A stretch of 64,000 nt of DNA from a bacterium. GTDB taxonomy: Bacteria > Patescibacteriota > Dojkabacteria > SC72. Of the stretch, positions 7,269-17,112 are shown piece after piece. The translations under genes were made by a program, and so were the position numbers. Position 1 is the stretch's first letter. Every line of letters begins with the position of its first letter. Below the pieces are notes generated by a model. That model searched no databases. It had not been told where the DNA came from and saw only the letters and a list, made by a program, of their open reading frames with translations. The DNA lies in the NCBI GenBank assembly GCA_021463465.1, contig JAJTYH010000003.1:351942-415941 (forward strand). The letters are read 5' to 3'.

Positions 7269-9161
7269 GTGAAAAACATGGAACGTATATATACAACACA
7301 GACGTTAGAGAAAGTTGGAGAAAACGTTAAGCTGGCTGGTTGGGCTGAAACTGTCCGAAACCACGGCAAAATTGTCTTTATTATGCTTCAAGATATTAAA
7401 AGTGTTATTCAATGTGTCGGTGGCGAAGAGTTGCAGGATGTTTCGGAAGGATATGTTATTGAGATTGAAGGTAAAGTTAAAGAACGTCCTGAAAAAATGG
7501 TAAATAAAGGGATTGAGACAGGTACAGTTGAGGTTGAAGTCACCTCGTGTAAAATTTTAGCCAAAAGCAAAGAATCACCAATTCCACTAAACACAACTGG
7601 TTATGAAATAAACGAGGAAATGCGTCTTAAGTATAGGTACCTCGACCTTAGAAGAAATAGGATGCGGAAGATTATTAAATTGCGCTCTGAATTCGCACAT
7701 GTTGTTAGGAATGAGTTTGTGAAGCATAATTTCATAGAAGTTGAAACTCCTATGTTAGCTAAAGCTACAAAAGAAGGTGCACGCGACTTTATTGTTCCAT
7801 CAAGATACAACCCTGGAAAGTTTTATGCCTTACCTCAAAGTCCACAACAGTATAAGCAGATTCTTATGACAGCTGGTGTTGAGAGATACTTCCAGTTAGC
7901 AAGATGTGTCAGAGATGAAGATCTCCGCTCAGACCGTGGTTATGAATTTACTCAGATCGACTTAGAGATGAGCTTTGTTAATCGAGAAATGGTAATGAAC
8001 ACAACAGAATCAATCATCAAAGCCGCAGTAAATGCTGTTGGAGGAAAGATAAAGGCAGATCCATTCCCTGTAATTGACTACAAGGATGCAATGAAGAAAT
8101 ATGGTGGTGATAAGTTTGACTTAAGGACTGACAAAGAGAAAGAAGAAGGGGTTCTAGCTTTTGCATGGGTAATAAATTTTCCATTTTTTAAGAAGGTAAA
8201 CAAGGAGGACAGTGCAGAGGTTGATGACGGCAAGAGTGGTTGGGTTTTCACGCATAATCCATTCAGTAGACCCACACCAGAATTTGAACAACAGCACTTG
8301 AAGGGCGAAAATCCTGGGGAAATTTTAACTACGCAGTACGACTTGGTTTGTAACGGATACGAAGTAGGTGGAGGTAGTATTAGAGCGCATGAACCAGAGA
8401 TGCTTCGTGCTACTTACGAGATTATGGGTTACAGTGAGCAAGAAATTGAAGATGGTATCGGTCATATGCTTAGAGCTTTCGAACTTGGTACACCACCTCA
8501 CGGAGGTATAGCTTTCGGATTGGACCGTTTGGTTATGTTATTGGCAAACGAAAGTTCGCTTAAAGAGGTAATAGCATTTCCAATGACTTCTAAAGGTTCA
8601 ACTGCAGTTATGGATGCTCCTTCCATTGTCCAGCAAAAAGATTTAGCTGCATTACATTTAGATGTCACTGACAAAGGTGACTGGGCGGTTAAAAGTATTA
8701 AAGCAAAGTTGGACAATTTGGAAATTAAGTATGACTATTTGGAGCATGCGGAAGTTAGAACTTCAGAAGAAGCTGCAAAGGTTAGAAATGTTCCTTTAGA
8801 ATACGGTGCAAAAGCTATGGTTTTAGCTTCAAAGGAGTATGAGAATAAGCTTGCAATGGTGGTTATACCTGGTGACAAACTATTGGATTTAGAGAAGGTT
8901 AAAAAGGCTTTGGGTGAAGAGTTTGATGTAGCGCCAAAAGAGTTAGTTGAAAAGCGAACTGGAATTAAAATGGGTGGAGTTCCACCATTCGGTAGACTGT
9001 TTGGGATTGAAGTTTACATGGATGGAAGCTTTTGGAGCAAAGAGAAATCAGCCTTCAATTGTGGAAGACGTGATGCTTCAATTATAATGAACGCTAATGA
9101 CCTTATTAAAGCCGTACAACCCAACAAGATTTCGGAAGGCTCAAGCTTCACCAAAGAATAA
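7269..9161 (+). CDS. aspS: aspartate--tRNA ligase (GAD-less, archaeal-like core) with C-terminal YbaK/ProX-type aminoacyl-tRNA deacylase domain
   Basis: Class II motif 2 is FQLARCVRDEDLRSDRGYEFTQIDLEMSF and motif 3 is GGGSIRAHEPEMLRA...PPHGGIAFGLDRLVMLL. Only about 160 aa separate them, so there is no GAD insertion. The C-terminal roughly 160 aa (about 8676-9161) carry KAMVLASKEYENKLAMVVIPGDKLLDLEKVKKALG...RTGIKMGGVPPFG, close to YbaK (KTLLVAVNGD...LAVAVTPV...LDLKKVAKALG...GYLVGGISPLG). The track start GTG 7269 has an alternative at ATG 7278. Confidence 0.92.
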   Translation: MKNMERIYTTQTLEKVGENVKLAGWAETVRNHGKIVFIMLQDIKSVIQCVGGEELQDVSEGYVIEIEGKVKERPEKMVNKGIETGTVEVEVTSCKILAKSKESPIPLNTTGYEINEEMRLKYRYLDLRRNRMRKIIKLRSEFAHVVRNEFVKHNFIEVETPMLAKATKEGARDFIVPSRYNPGKFYALPQSPQQYKQILMTAGVERYFQLARCVRDEDLRSDRGYEFTQIDLEMSFVNREMVMNTTESIIKAAVNAVGGKIKADPFPVIDYKDAMKKYGGDKFDLRTDKEKEEGVLAFAWVINFPFFKKVNKEDSAEVDDGKSGWVFTHNPFSRPTPEFEQQHLKGENPGEILTTQYDLVCNGYEVGGGSIRAHEPEMLRATYEIMGYSEQEIEDGIGHMLRAFELGTPPHGGIAFGLDRLVMLLANESSLKEVIAFPMTSKGSTAVMDAPSIVQQKDLAALHLDVTDKGDWAVKSIKAKLDNLEIKYDYLEHAEVRTSEEAAKVRNVPLEYGAKAMVLASKEYENKLAMVVIPGDKLLDLEKVKKALGEEFDVAPKELVEKRTGIKMGGVPPFGRLFGIEVYMDGSFWSKEKSAFNCGRRDASIIMNANDLIKAVQPNKISEGSSFTKE

Positions 9162-10086
9162 AATTATACCAGGCGTTATTACAGGGATTCTTGCTCTTGC
9201 CTTGCTTATGTTTGGGTACGTGCTATATGAGCCAAAGCCGCAAGTGAGCTTTGAAACCCTTTCGTACATTGAACCAATTGCCCAGAGCCAATCAATGCAT
9301 GATTTGGGAGAAATTTCTAAATTCAAAACGCAAATCGGTCGAGTAAACTGGAAGAAAGTGAAGGCCGATTCAGTGTATGCGTTCAACCCTATTACTGGAC
9401 AGATATATTTTGCACGTAAGGAGCATACGCGACGCCCAATTGCGAGCATCACAAAGTTAGTGACGGCACTGACAGCATCGAATGTTTACAAATTGAATGA
9501 AACTCTTAAAATTGTTAAACCTATGCCAAGCATGGATAGGGCTATTGGGTTGAAGTTCGGAGATGAAATCGAGGTTGAAGATTTGATAAAGTGTGGACTC
9601 ATTGGCTCCCACAACGATTGCTCGAATACTTTAGCCTACCAATTCCCTTCAGGTTATGACAGGTTCATTAAAGAAATGAATCTTGTAGCAAAAGACTTAG
9701 GAATGGAGAATAGTCGGTTTAATAATCCCACAGGGTTTATTGATGACGGAAACTACTCAACAGCAAGTGATGTAGGCAGGTTGGCTTCAGCATTTGTAAG
9801 GAATGAAAAACTTTTGAAAATTACAGATAAAACCAAAGCTACAGTAAGTATTAATGGTGTTGATCCCAGAAAGGTGAATATCACTTCTACCAATATTTTA
9901 CTTTCTGAAATCAAAGAATTGAGTGGTCTGAAAACAGGTTTTACATATAAAGCAGGTGAGTGCCTGGTACTCTATTATGATTTCAACGGTGATAACAAGC
10001 TTATTACCGTGGTACTAAACTCTCCCGACAGGTTCGCTGATTCCAAGGTTTTAATGGAACTTGTTCAAGAAGCTTTTAGGAATTAA
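9097..10086 (+). CDS. D-alanyl-D-alanine carboxypeptidase (serine peptidase S11 / PBP5-like), membrane-anchored
   Basis: SxxK motif SITK (RRPIASITKLVTALTA), an SxN-like SHN, and KTG in GLKTGFT. The N-terminal positive patch plus TM is IIPGVITGILALALLMFGYVLY. The ATG at 9097 overlaps the aspS 3' end by 65 nt, so the true start is uncertain. Confidence 0.8.
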   Translation: MTLLKPYNPTRFRKAQASPKNKIIPGVITGILALALLMFGYVLYEPKPQVSFETLSYIEPIAQSQSMHDLGEISKFKTQIGRVNWKKVKADSVYAFNPITGQIYFARKEHTRRPIASITKLVTALTASNVYKLNETLKIVKPMPSMDRAIGLKFGDEIEVEDLIKCGLIGSHNDCSNTLAYQFPSGYDRFIKEMNLVAKDLGMENSRFNNPTGFIDDGNYSTASDVGRLASAFVRNEKLLKITDKTKATVSINGVDPRKVNITSTNILLSEIKELSGLKTGFTYKAGECLVLYYDFNGDNKLITVVLNSPDRFADSKVLMELVQEAFRN

Positions 10087-11405
10087 AAGAATCCAATCCC
10101 AGTATCTTCCTTAGGGACTTCTTGTTCCGCAATCTTGTTTTTCACTAGATTGTAATCTATCGCTGGTACATAGTAGTGGAAAATTCCTACGACTCCAGTA
10201 CTTAATGTAGCCTCACCTGAAATAATATATACAGGTTGCAAGAACTTGGCTTCGGTTTGCGGTTCATAATAACCTAAGGTTATGTTATATATTCTGAAAC
10301 TGCTGACCTTACGAGGTATGTATGTAGCAACATCGTCCCCATTTTTCTCATTGAGATATATCAAACTACCCTTACCTTGTTGCACGGTTTCTAGTGCAGT
10401 TTGGGGAGGAATCAGTTGATAAGTGCCACAAGCTTGTGGGTCGATAGGCCAGTAGGTAAAGTCAGCTCCGTAAACGTACCTGGCGTTGGTATCTTGGGTT
10501 TTGTCTCTGTCATTTTTAGGGCCAATGTAGACTGAGATATTGGGATGGTTTGGGTCTTGGAATGCAACGATAGTATCGAAATTGTATATATCGATTCGTC
10601 CTTTATCTGAAAGAATTGAGTCAGTAGTACTTTTGAATAGCTTCTTTTCCAAACTGTCTCGAATACGTTTAGCATCCTGCAGGTCACTTCTGACGGAAAT
10701 TAAAGGCTTCTGCCGATAAAAGTCTACTCTGAGTAATTCTGCATCTGCTCTGGATCTGGCCTGAGTGTAGGTGCCGTTTGGTTGGATATTTATGTTAACG
10801 ACTTTTGGGGTGATTTTGAAATAATCTTCAAATAACAATCCTTTGCCTCTTAGATAGTTAGAAGCTAAGTTGATAGCTTCGTTTTCGTTAGGAAGAGCAC
10901 TACTGTTATCGATTGCACCAATACGTGTGAAATCAGTTCGTAGTTGGAAGTTTAAATTACGGGCTTGAACAACTAGGGTTCTAAAGTTCTTAGAGTCATA
11001 CCATATGTACTCTGCACTACCTCTGCGCTGAAGTAGGTTTGGGTTGAACCCCAGTTTCTCTGCAATGATTTTTGATTCTCCTTGTGCATTAAGTGATTGC
11101 CCAGGGATACTAAATTTGTGTGTATTAACAACTCTGGGTAATGAGTCAACTTGACCTGATTGTGTTTCTAGTTCAAAGACTAAGTCCGAACCAGCGGCAA
11201 GTGAAAGAGAAGGGATTTCAAGTTTATTTTTCAAGAAATCATCGCGGAGTTCAGTACATGCGTAGTTAGGAGTGAGGAAGTCTCCTGGATCCTGTGTAGC
11301 ATTGAGTGCCAATATTACAGTCACAGCAATGATCATGATTACCAGACCGATACCTCCAATCACTCCGAAACGTTTTGTCCAGTGGGCTGCCTCAGTTAAA
11401 GTCAT
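10083..11405 (-). CDS. hypothetical N-terminally membrane-anchored extracytoplasmic protein
   Basis: 440 aa. The N-terminal TM is FGVIGGIGLVIMIIAVTVILAL. There are no recognisable catalytic motifs. Confidence 0.5.
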   Translation of the reverse strand: MTLTEAAHWTKRFGVIGGIGLVIMIIAVTVILALNATQDPGDFLTPNYACTELRDDFLKNKLEIPSLSLAAGSDLVFELETQSGQVDSLPRVVNTHKFSIPGQSLNAQGESKIIAEKLGFNPNLLQRRGSAEYIWYDSKNFRTLVVQARNLNFQLRTDFTRIGAIDNSSALPNENEAINLASNYLRGKGLLFEDYFKITPKVVNINIQPNGTYTQARSRADAELLRVDFYRQKPLISVRSDLQDAKRIRDSLEKKLFKSTTDSILSDKGRIDIYNFDTIVAFQDPNHPNISVYIGPKNDRDKTQDTNARYVYGADFTYWPIDPQACGTYQLIPPQTALETVQQGKGSLIYLNEKNGDDVATYIPRKVSSFRIYNITLGYYEPQTEAKFLQPVYIISGEATLSTGVVGIFHYYVPAIDYNLVKNKIAEQEVPKEDTGIGFF

Positions 11406-11447
11406 GGTATAATCATAGCAACTGATTACTTAGTCTTCAATCGACTT

Positions 11448-13004
11448 ATGCAACAAAGATTTAGGGCCGCACCAAGCCCTACAGGTAAGGTTCATATTGG
11501 TACTATTCGAGCATATTTACCTAACTTTTTGTTGGCCAAAAAGTATGGGGGAAAAAATATATTGAGAATTGAGGATACTGATCAGACTAGGCTAGTACCA
11601 AATGGAGTTGAAGCTATGATTGAAGCCTACGAAGAGGTGGGTATTTCCTTTGATGAAGGTCCCCACAAAGAGGGAGATTTTGGCCCGTATATACAATCTC
11701 AAAGACTCGATATTTATAAGAAATATGCTCAAGAGCTTTTGGATAATGATTATGCTTATTACTGTTTCTGTACTAAAGAACGCCTTGAAGAATTAAGGGA
11801 AACCCAAAAAGCAAATAAACAGAAACCAAGATACGATGGATTTTGTAGGAATATAGACAAGAGTGAGGCATTGAAACGGGTTAATGATGGGGAAGCACAT
11901 GTTATTCGAATGAAGTTTCCCCAGGAAGGTGGAACTGTTTGTCATGATCTTATATTTGGTAAAGTGAGCGTAAAAAATAGTGATGTAGAGGATCAGGTAT
12001 TAATGAAGGCCGATGGTTTTCCAACTTATCATCTAGCAGTTGTTGTAGACGATCATTTAATGGGAATAACCACTGCAATTCGAGGAGTAGATTGGCTCCC
12101 AAGTTTCCCTAAGCATGTAAAACTTTATGAATTCTTTGGATGGGAACTTCCCAAATTTGCACATTTGCCATTAATACTTAATCCAGACGGTAGAAAGAAA
12201 CTAAGTAAAAGGCATGGAGCTTTTCCAGTCAGTCAGATCTTGAGAAAAGGATATTTAAAAGAGGCTGTAATGAACTATGCCATGTTGTGTGGGTGGTCTC
12301 CAAAACCGGAGCTTGCGCATCAGGATGAGATTTACACTGTAGAAGAATTAATAAAACTGTTTGATTTGGATAGAGTTCATAAAACGGCTGCTCGATACGA
12401 TCAGGCTAAATTTGATTATATTAACTCTAAACATATTAGACGTCTTACCATTGATCAGTTTTCAGAAAGGATTATTGATTGGGCAAAGAGATATGTGATG
12501 CGAAGATTTATTAGCGATGAGTACACCGAAGCAGCGGAGTGGGAAGCAGAAGTAAAAAGTTTTGTAGAGAAGTATCTACCTTTATGGGAGAAAGACTTGG
12601 AGTATTTCAAGCGAGCTTTAGCACTCGAGCATGAAAGGATAACGGTTTTATCCGAGGTTCCTTCTGCTTTAGACTTTTTCTATGAGAAAGAATTAAGTTG
12701 GGAGGATAGTGATTGGAATACCAAGAATCATACTAAGTCAGAATTGGCTGATGCTTTAGAAAAGCTGCTTCCAAGATTAGAAGAAATTTTCAAAGGAAAT
12801 CAGTTTGACCATGAAGCATGGGAGAAAGTTGTCAGAGGATTAGCGGATGAATTAAACTGGAAACATGGAGATATGTTCATGGCGGTAAGGTCGGCTACAA
12901 CTGGTCGTTTACAGAGTCCTCCACTACTTGAAAGTTTTGAAATTATGGGTTGGGAGAAAGTAAAAGCTTTTGTAGAGCAAGCCATTGTTTGGTTGAGAAA
13001 ATAG
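11448..13004 (+). CDS. gltX: glutamate--tRNA ligase
   Basis: HIGH-type motif PSPTGKVHIGTIRAY and KMSKS-type motif KLSKRHG, with class I GluRS architecture. An extended -10 TGgTATAAT lies at 11404-11413. Confidence 0.92.
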   Translation: MQQRFRAAPSPTGKVHIGTIRAYLPNFLLAKKYGGKNILRIEDTDQTRLVPNGVEAMIEAYEEVGISFDEGPHKEGDFGPYIQSQRLDIYKKYAQELLDNDYAYYCFCTKERLEELRETQKANKQKPRYDGFCRNIDKSEALKRVNDGEAHVIRMKFPQEGGTVCHDLIFGKVSVKNSDVEDQVLMKADGFPTYHLAVVVDDHLMGITTAIRGVDWLPSFPKHVKLYEFFGWELPKFAHLPLILNPDGRKKLSKRHGAFPVSQILRKGYLKEAVMNYAMLCGWSPKPELAHQDEIYTVEELIKLFDLDRVHKTAARYDQAKFDYINSKHIRRLTIDQFSERIIDWAKRYVMRRFISDEYTEAAEWEAEVKSFVEKYLPLWEKDLEYFKRALALEHERITVLSEVPSALDFFYEKELSWEDSDWNTKNHTKSELADALEKLLPRLEEIFKGNQFDHEAWEKVVRGLADELNWKHGDMFMAVRSATTGRLQSPPLLESFEIMGWEKVKAFVEQAIVWLRK

Positions 13005-13033
13005 TTTGAAGATAATATAATTCTCGTTGCTAT

Positions 13034-13104
13034 TGCCAGGTCGTCTAATGGTAGGACTACGCTCTCTGGAAGCGTGTATCTTAGTTCGAATCTAAGCCTG
13101 GCAA
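13034..13104 (+). tRNA. tRNA-Gln (anticodon CUG)
   Basis: The cloverleaf was folded by hand. Acceptor is TGCCAGG/CCTGGCA (U1:A72, as is typical of bacterial tRNA-Gln). D arm is GTCT-AATGGTA-GGAC. Anticodon arm is ACGCT-CTCTGGA-AGCGT, giving anticodon CTG. T arm is CTTAG-TTCGAAT-CTAAG. Discriminator is A. Confidence 0.85.
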
Positions 13105-13126
13105 GATGTTTTAACGTTTAAAACAC

Positions 13127-14038
13127 ATGGCCAATTTACTGCTCGCAATAGTGTTTTTGCTGGTACTTATCAAGTCGTGTGATATCCTCGTCAATCAAGC
13201 AACATCATTAGCTAAAAGATTTAAGGTAAGTAATTTTATCATTGGGTTTGTATTTGTAGCCCTGGGGACCTCCCTCCCTGAGTTAATTGCTAGTGGGCAT
13301 TCAATGTTATTTGGACATCCATCGCTTGCAATATCTAGTATCATTGGAAGTAATGTGGTGAATTTATGTCTAATTCTAGGTGCTGTAGCTTGCTATAAAG
13401 GTTTCAAACTCTCTACCATTGATGCGCACTATAATTTGCCTCTAAATTTTATTGCAACATTACTCTTTATTTTCATTGCTTTCTTGGGTAATCAAACCAT
13501 TACTTGGATATCAGGAGTGATAATGTTGACTGTATACTTTGCTTTAACCGTATTTGTTAATGACCATAATCATGTGGTGAGTCAGATTAAATATCATAAA
13601 CTTAATTGGCTAACGCTGGGGTTATCACTGGTGGTAATAGTGTTTGCAGGTAAATTTGCTGTAGAGAATCTGCTAGCTTTTGCAACGGAATTTGGCGTGG
13701 GAGAAACCGTTGTGGGCGCTATTATTGCCGCTCTGATAACCTCACTGCCAGAATTTATCACTGCAATGGTTGCTGTACGCAAAGGAAATGCCGAACTTGG
13801 GGTAGGGAGTATCATTGGGTCGAACATTTTCAACCTCTTCTTTGTCATTGCGATCTGCTCATTCATAAATCCGATTAATTTGGTCGGTTTTGGTGATGAA
13901 TTACTTTTGCTTGCAGTAGCTACACTTAGCTCAGTTATATTAGCTTTAAGTGGGAAACGATACTACTTTAGTCGTAATGAAGGTTTAGTTTTATTACTAT
14001 TTTATCTAGTTTTTCTATACCTACAGGTTCACATTTAA
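13127..14038 (+). CDS. Ca2+:cation antiporter (CaCA / YrbG family)
   Basis: Two alpha-repeat signatures, GTSLPELIAS and ITSLPEFITAM, in a 303-aa polytopic membrane protein. Confidence 0.75.
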   Translation: MANLLLAIVFLLVLIKSCDILVNQATSLAKRFKVSNFIIGFVFVALGTSLPELIASGHSMLFGHPSLAISSIIGSNVVNLCLILGAVACYKGFKLSTIDAHYNLPLNFIATLLFIFIAFLGNQTITWISGVIMLTVYFALTVFVNDHNHVVSQIKYHKLNWLTLGLSLVVIVFAGKFAVENLLAFATEFGVGETVVGAIIAALITSLPEFITAMVAVRKGNAELGVGSIIGSNIFNLFFVIAICSFINPINLVGFGDELLLLAVATLSSVILALSGKRYYFSRNEGLVLLLFYLVFLYLQVHI

Positions 14039-14090
14039 AGTATGATGCTATATAATCGACTCATAATAATGTCACATTCGCACTATATAC

Positions 14091-15605
14091 ATGTCAGTTA
14101 GCGATAAACCTAAAGTTCTTGTTGATCTCTCTCTTGCAATCCTTGAAAATTCTGGAATACCTCTTGATACTAAATGGCTTTTTCGCCAGCTTGCGACAAG
14201 TAAAAAGATTGATCTTTCGGGCTTGATATATTCAATAGATCGACAAAACATAGACTTCTCGCTTAAGAATGGAGTCGACAGACACAAGCTTTTGAGATAC
14301 TCCCAGTACATTGCTTTACTTAGTTCTTTTGATGAGGAAACCAATCAATTACTCTCAAAAGTTTTTCCTTTAAGGCTATTAAAAAGACTAAGACACATTT
14401 ACAAAATATATTTTAAGCGCACCTTTAAGTTGTGGGAGAAAGAGAGTCCCATGTTTAATGATGCAATTTTCAACATTTTTTTTGAAAGTGGTTTGGCATC
14501 AAGTGATAGAGATTTGATTTTGCAGAGTAAATTTTATTTCACTGACTTCTTCAAACACGCTCTTATGACCCGAGTAAATAGCCCATTTCCTGCCATGTTG
14601 CCTAAGGTAGACACTAGGGGTTTTGATATAGTTATTCACCAAGATTCTACCCCAGTGGAACTTTCAAAGGGAACTTTAAAAGTGATTCGATACCACGACC
14701 CAATTCCACTTACAAGTCCAGATATGTTTAAAAATCCCCATGGTAACGCTACTTTGCACTACAAGTCGGTGAGTTTATGTGCTAAACAAGGGGCTGTATA
14801 TGTGTGTAATAGCGGTCCAGTAGAAGAAGAATTACTTGAACTTTTCCCGCAATTAGAGGGAAGAACTACAACTATTCCTTACACAATTTCTCCAATTTAT
14901 GACAAAAAGGTAAAGGACTACCAAACTCTTTTTGATATCTTAGAAATGCGACAATCTCCGAAATTCGAAAAAACACATCCAATGTGGAGTTCATATTTTA
15001 ATAAGATGCGTAAAACGCCTAAGAAGTTCCGGTATATTGCCGAAGTGGCGACTGTTGAACCAAGAAAGAATCACTTGAGAGCACTTAGGGCCTTTACGAT
15101 TGCAAAATCGCGACTCAAGAAAAAAGGAATTGATTTGAAATTTGTAATAGTAGGAGGTTTAGGGTGGAAATATGATCGAATATTAAAAGAGTTGCAGCCT
15201 CTCATAACAAGAGGTGATGTTGTACTAATGGAGAATATGCACCCTAGAGAACTTAAATATCTTTTCAGTCACGCTGATGCGTTTCTCTTTCCAACTCTAA
15301 AAGAGGGTTTTGGACTACCACCTGTAGAGGCGATGCTGTGTGAGACGCCAGTAATTTCTTCAGATATTAAAGTGCACAGGTGGGTTCAGGGTGAAGCTGC
15401 TCATTATGTAAATCCTTATGATTTCGAGGATATTGCAGATAAGATTGAATATGTTGTGGCTAACAAGAGTAAGAAGGATGTTCAGGATAAGATTGCGAAA
15501 GGGAAGGTGCGTGCGAGGAGGTATTCTTCTTCCGAAAATGAAAAAAGATGGGATGAATTTTTTGATGATTACAAAGCAGGAAGATACGATAAGCCTCTCA
15601 ATTAG
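14091..15605 (+). CDS. glycosyltransferase family 4 (GT-B, retaining) with N-terminal extension
   Basis: C-terminal GT4 signature FPTLKEGFGLPPVEAMLCETPVISSD (E-x7-E region). Confidence 0.7.
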   Translation: MSVSDKPKVLVDLSLAILENSGIPLDTKWLFRQLATSKKIDLSGLIYSIDRQNIDFSLKNGVDRHKLLRYSQYIALLSSFDEETNQLLSKVFPLRLLKRLRHIYKIYFKRTFKLWEKESPMFNDAIFNIFFESGLASSDRDLILQSKFYFTDFFKHALMTRVNSPFPAMLPKVDTRGFDIVIHQDSTPVELSKGTLKVIRYHDPIPLTSPDMFKNPHGNATLHYKSVSLCAKQGAVYVCNSGPVEEELLELFPQLEGRTTTIPYTISPIYDKKVKDYQTLFDILEMRQSPKFEKTHPMWSSYFNKMRKTPKKFRYIAEVATVEPRKNHLRALRAFTIAKSRLKKKGIDLKFVIVGGLGWKYDRILKELQPLITRGDVVLMENMHPRELKYLFSHADAFLFPTLKEGFGLPPVEAMLCETPVISSDIKVHRWVQGEAAHYVNPYDFEDIADKIEYVVANKSKKDVQDKIAKGKVRARRYSSSENEKRWDEFFDDYKAGRYDKPLN

Positions 15606-16333
15606 CTTCTCGAATAGTAGGCAAGGACTTCTTTAGGTTTACCTTCTTTGATTATCTCTCCGTCTTCGATTAGAATTGCTCTGTCACAAAAGCTTTCCAC
15701 TAGGTCAGGGGCATGAGATACAAAGATGAATGTTTTCCCCTCTGCTTTGAGTTTGGCGAAAACGGCACGGCATTTCTGTTGAAAGTGAATGTCTCCTACA
15801 GCAAATACTTCATCTAAGACATAGATGTCTGCAGACGACATGAATGCAATCGAAAATGCAAGTCGGACTTGCATCCCTGAGGAGAAGTTCTTCAATGGTA
15901 AATTTAGAAACTCTCTGATTTCAGCAAAGTCTACAATTTCATCAAACTTCTTTTTTATGAATTCTTTTGTCATTCCAAGGATAATGCCGTTTAGAAAAAT
16001 GTTTTCATATGCTGTCAGTTCAGGATGGAACCCTACTCCTAGCTCTAAGAAAGGTACAAGTACACCATGAATAGAGACTGTTCCTTTGTCAGGCTGATAG
16101 ATTCCTGCAAGTACTTTTAGTAGAGTTGATTTACCCGAGCCATTATTTCCTAGTATTGCTAGGTTTTCCCCTTCATTAACCTTTAAATTTATGTTCTTTA
16201 ATGCCCGGAACTTTTTTGTCCTTGTAGCATCAAGTGGATTACGTAAATACTCTATTAAAGTATTCCTTTTCTCTGTTGGAATTTTGAAGGTTTTTTCTAA
16301 CCCTTTTACTTCGACAGCAAGTTTTCTTTCCAT
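15602..16333 (-). CDS. ABC transporter ATP-binding protein (polysaccharide/teichoic-acid exporter type, Wzt/TagH-like)
   Basis: Walker A GNNGSGKSTLL, signature LSSGMQVRLAFS, and Walker B IYVLDE. It is paired with an ABC-2 permease. Confidence 0.88.
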   Translation of the reverse strand: MERKLAVEVKGLEKTFKIPTEKRNTLIEYLRNPLDATRTKKFRALKNINLKVNEGENLAILGNNGSGKSTLLKVLAGIYQPDKGTVSIHGVLVPFLELGVGFHPELTAYENIFLNGIILGMTKEFIKKKFDEIVDFAEIREFLNLPLKNFSSGMQVRLAFSIAFMSSADIYVLDEVFAVGDIHFQQKCRAVFAKLKAEGKTFIFVSHAPDLVESFCDRAILIEDGEIIKEGKPKEVLAYYSRS

Positions 16334-16335
16334 GA

Positions 16336-17112
16336 TTAAATGTATTCGGCTATCTTACGTATCTTATTATTAAAAAAGAGATGTCCAATGAAAGTCAAAA
16401 GTAGGGAGGCAAAGAGTAGTATTATTGCTTTTTCCCACATCTCAGGTGTGATGTGTGAAGCATTGAGGATACCTGTACGAAGCAAGGAAAGGACATGGGT
16501 TAAAGGGTTTAGCAGTACAAGGTTTCTCATTGTTTCGGGAAGTACTTCAAGTTGATAAATTACCGGACTAGACCAGAATACAAGCTGAAGTAGTAACTCT
16601 ACTAAATGCCGAATGTCGTGGAACTTTACAGCCTGGATGCTTAAAAAAAGTGAAATACCTAATATAATGAGTAATAACGAAAGTAGGCTTACAAATGCTA
16701 GTAACAAACCTTCGAAGTTAGTATGCAAGGACCCAAATGCTGCAAATACGGTGAAGATTCCTAGGTTAATTATGAAGTTTATAACGGCGATCGATACGGA
16801 GCTAAATACGACTACCTCCCTCGGAAAGTTAATCTTCATTATGATATGTGCTTTGTTAAATAATGCCTGCAATCCGAAATTAATTCCCTCGTTAAAGAAG
16901 TTAATTGTAATCACACCTAAAAGCAGATAGAGGGCAAACTCGGGCCCAGTTTTGAATAATGAAGACCATACAAAGTAGAGTACGGTAAACAGAGCCAAAG
17001 GTTTGAAAATCACCCAGAGTAAACCTAAGGTAGAATGTTTGTAACGTAGTTTGAAGTCAGTGACAAAAAACTCTTTCCAAAGATCAATATTGTTTCCGTG
17101 TCGATTCATCAA
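16336..17112 (-). CDS. ABC-2 type transport permease (Wzm/TagG-like)
   Basis: 258-aa six-TM protein immediately upstream of, and translationally coupled to, the ATPase. Confidence 0.75.
   Translation of the reverse strand: MMNRHGNNIDLWKEFFVTDFKLRYKHSTLGLLWVIFKPLALFTVLYFVWSSLFKTGPEFALYLLLGVITINFFNEGINFGLQALFNKAHIIMKINFPREVVVFSSVSIAVINFIINLGIFTVFAAFGSLHTNFEGLLLAFVSLLSLLLIILGISLFLSIQAVKFHDIRHLVELLLQLVFWSSPVIYQLEVLPETMRNLVLLNPLTHVLSLLRTGILNASHITPEMWEKAIILLFASLLLTFIGHLFFNNKIRKIAEYI

Noticed and set aside
9097-9161. 65-nt overlap between aspS 3' end and the carboxypeptidase gene as evidence of a frameshifted fusion
   Set aside because: Both reading frames have independent, complete domain content. 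The overlap is more simply explained by an internal or non-canonical start of the downstream gene.
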